Source: Squalus acanthias
Lineage: Eukaryota
Direction of reading: 5' to 3'
DNA length: 64,000 nucleotides
NCBI GenBank assembly: GCA_030390025.1
Contig: CM059432.1
Coordinates: forward strand, 69,876,001-69,940,000
Numbering within the stretch: position 1 is the stretch's first letter; every line of letters starts with the position of its first letter. The notes under the pieces are model-generated. The model did no database searches, had not been told where the DNA came from, and was given only the letters and a program-made list of their open reading frames with translations. Below, in pieces: positions 62,845-64,000 of the stretch. The position numbers and the translations under genes are program-made.

Positions 62845-64000
62845 AAATTGTTCATCCCTGTTTGGCATAAAAATAAAACAAAAAAGGTGACTCAACCGTG
62901 GCTAACAAGGGAAATTAGGGATAGCATAAGATCCAAGGAGAGGACATATAAAATGGCCAGAAAAAGCAGCAAATCTGAGGATTGGGAGCAGTTTAGGATT
63001 CAGCAAAGGAGGACAAAGGGATTAATTAAGAGGGGGAAAATAGAATATGAGAGTAAGCTTGCAGGGAACATAAAACCTGACTGTAAATGCTTCTATAGAT
63101 ATGTGAAGAGAAAAAGATTGGTGAAGTCAAGCGTAGGTCCCTTGCAGTCAGAATCAGGGGAATTTATAATGGGGAACAAAGAAATGGCAGCCCAATTAAA
63201 TACATACTTTGGTTCTGTCTTCACAAAGGATACAAATAAACTCCCAGAGATGTCGGGGAACATAGGGTCTAATGAGAGGGAGGAATTGAATCAAATCAGT
63301 ATTTGTAGGGAAATGGTGTTATGGAAATTGACGGGATTGAAGGCCGATAAATCCCCAGGGCCTGATAATCTACATCCTAGGGTACTTAAGGAAGTGGCCC
63401 TAGAAATAGTAGATGCATTGCTGGTCATCTTCCAAAATTCTATAGACTCTGCAACAGTTCCCATGGATTGGAGGGTAGCTAATGTAACCCCACTATTTAA
63501 AAAAGGTGGTAGAGAAAAAACGGGGAATTATAGACTGGTAAGCCTGACATCGGTAGTAGGGAAAATGATAGAGTCCATTATAAAAGATGTAATAGCAGAG
63601 CACTTGGAAAACAGTGACAGGATCGGACAAAGTCAACATGGATTTACAAAAGGTAAATCATGCCTGACTAATCTACTGGAATTTTTTGAGGATGTAACTG
63701 GTAGAATAGATAAGGGAGAACCAGTGGATGTGGTGTATTTGGACTTTCAGAAGGCTTTCGATAAGGTCCCGCATAAGAGATTAGCGTGCAAAGTTAAAGC
63801 ACATGGGATTGGGGGTAAGGTACTGATTTGGATAGAGAACTGGTTGGCAGACAGGAAGCAAAGAGTTGGAATAAACCGTTCTTTTTCCGAGTGGCAGGCA
63901 GTGACTAGTCGGGTACCACAGGGATCGGTGCTAGGACCCCAGCTATTCACAGTATATATTAATGATCTAGACGAGGGAACTAGATGTAATATCTCTAAGT
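62845..64000 (+). mobile_element. 5'-truncated young CR1 ORF2 running off the window end
   Basis: Frame [37 protein letters not shown] appears open to the window end; close to the 2197 copy. Confidence 0.92.

Overview
Vertebrate nuclear DNA, most likely from an elasmobranch (shark or ray), judged from shark-type CR1 LINEs with (CTATGATT)n tails, Deu-domain SINEs and a V-SINE/HE1-like SINE. A + strand multi-PLAT/LH2-domain gene (LOXHD1-like or the PLAT region of an RP1-like gene) spans the window as nine short GT-AG exons (12119-58482). Their splice phases agree, except that the exon at 36199-36340 needs one missing base restored. The introns are packed with transposons: (1) a near-intact full-length CR1 (about 2197-6894, minus) and many truncated CR1/L2 copies; (2) several PIF/Harbinger elements with convergent transposase and Myb/SANT genes, one with an intact 418-aa DDE transposase; (3) Harbinger-type MITEs with 3-bp TSDs; (4) Penelope-like fragments carrying minimal hammerhead ribozymes; (5) a possible solo LTR. 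The most interesting signal is a canonical U_UUA_AAC -1 frameshift heptamer at the CR1 ORF1/ORF2 junction, preserved in two divergent copies; in the full-length copy the endonuclease has no in-frame AUG. Also notable are the Penelope hammerheads, the U1-site-rich and hairpin-rich MITEs, and the frameshift in the host gene. Family names come from motif recognition only; no database search was run.
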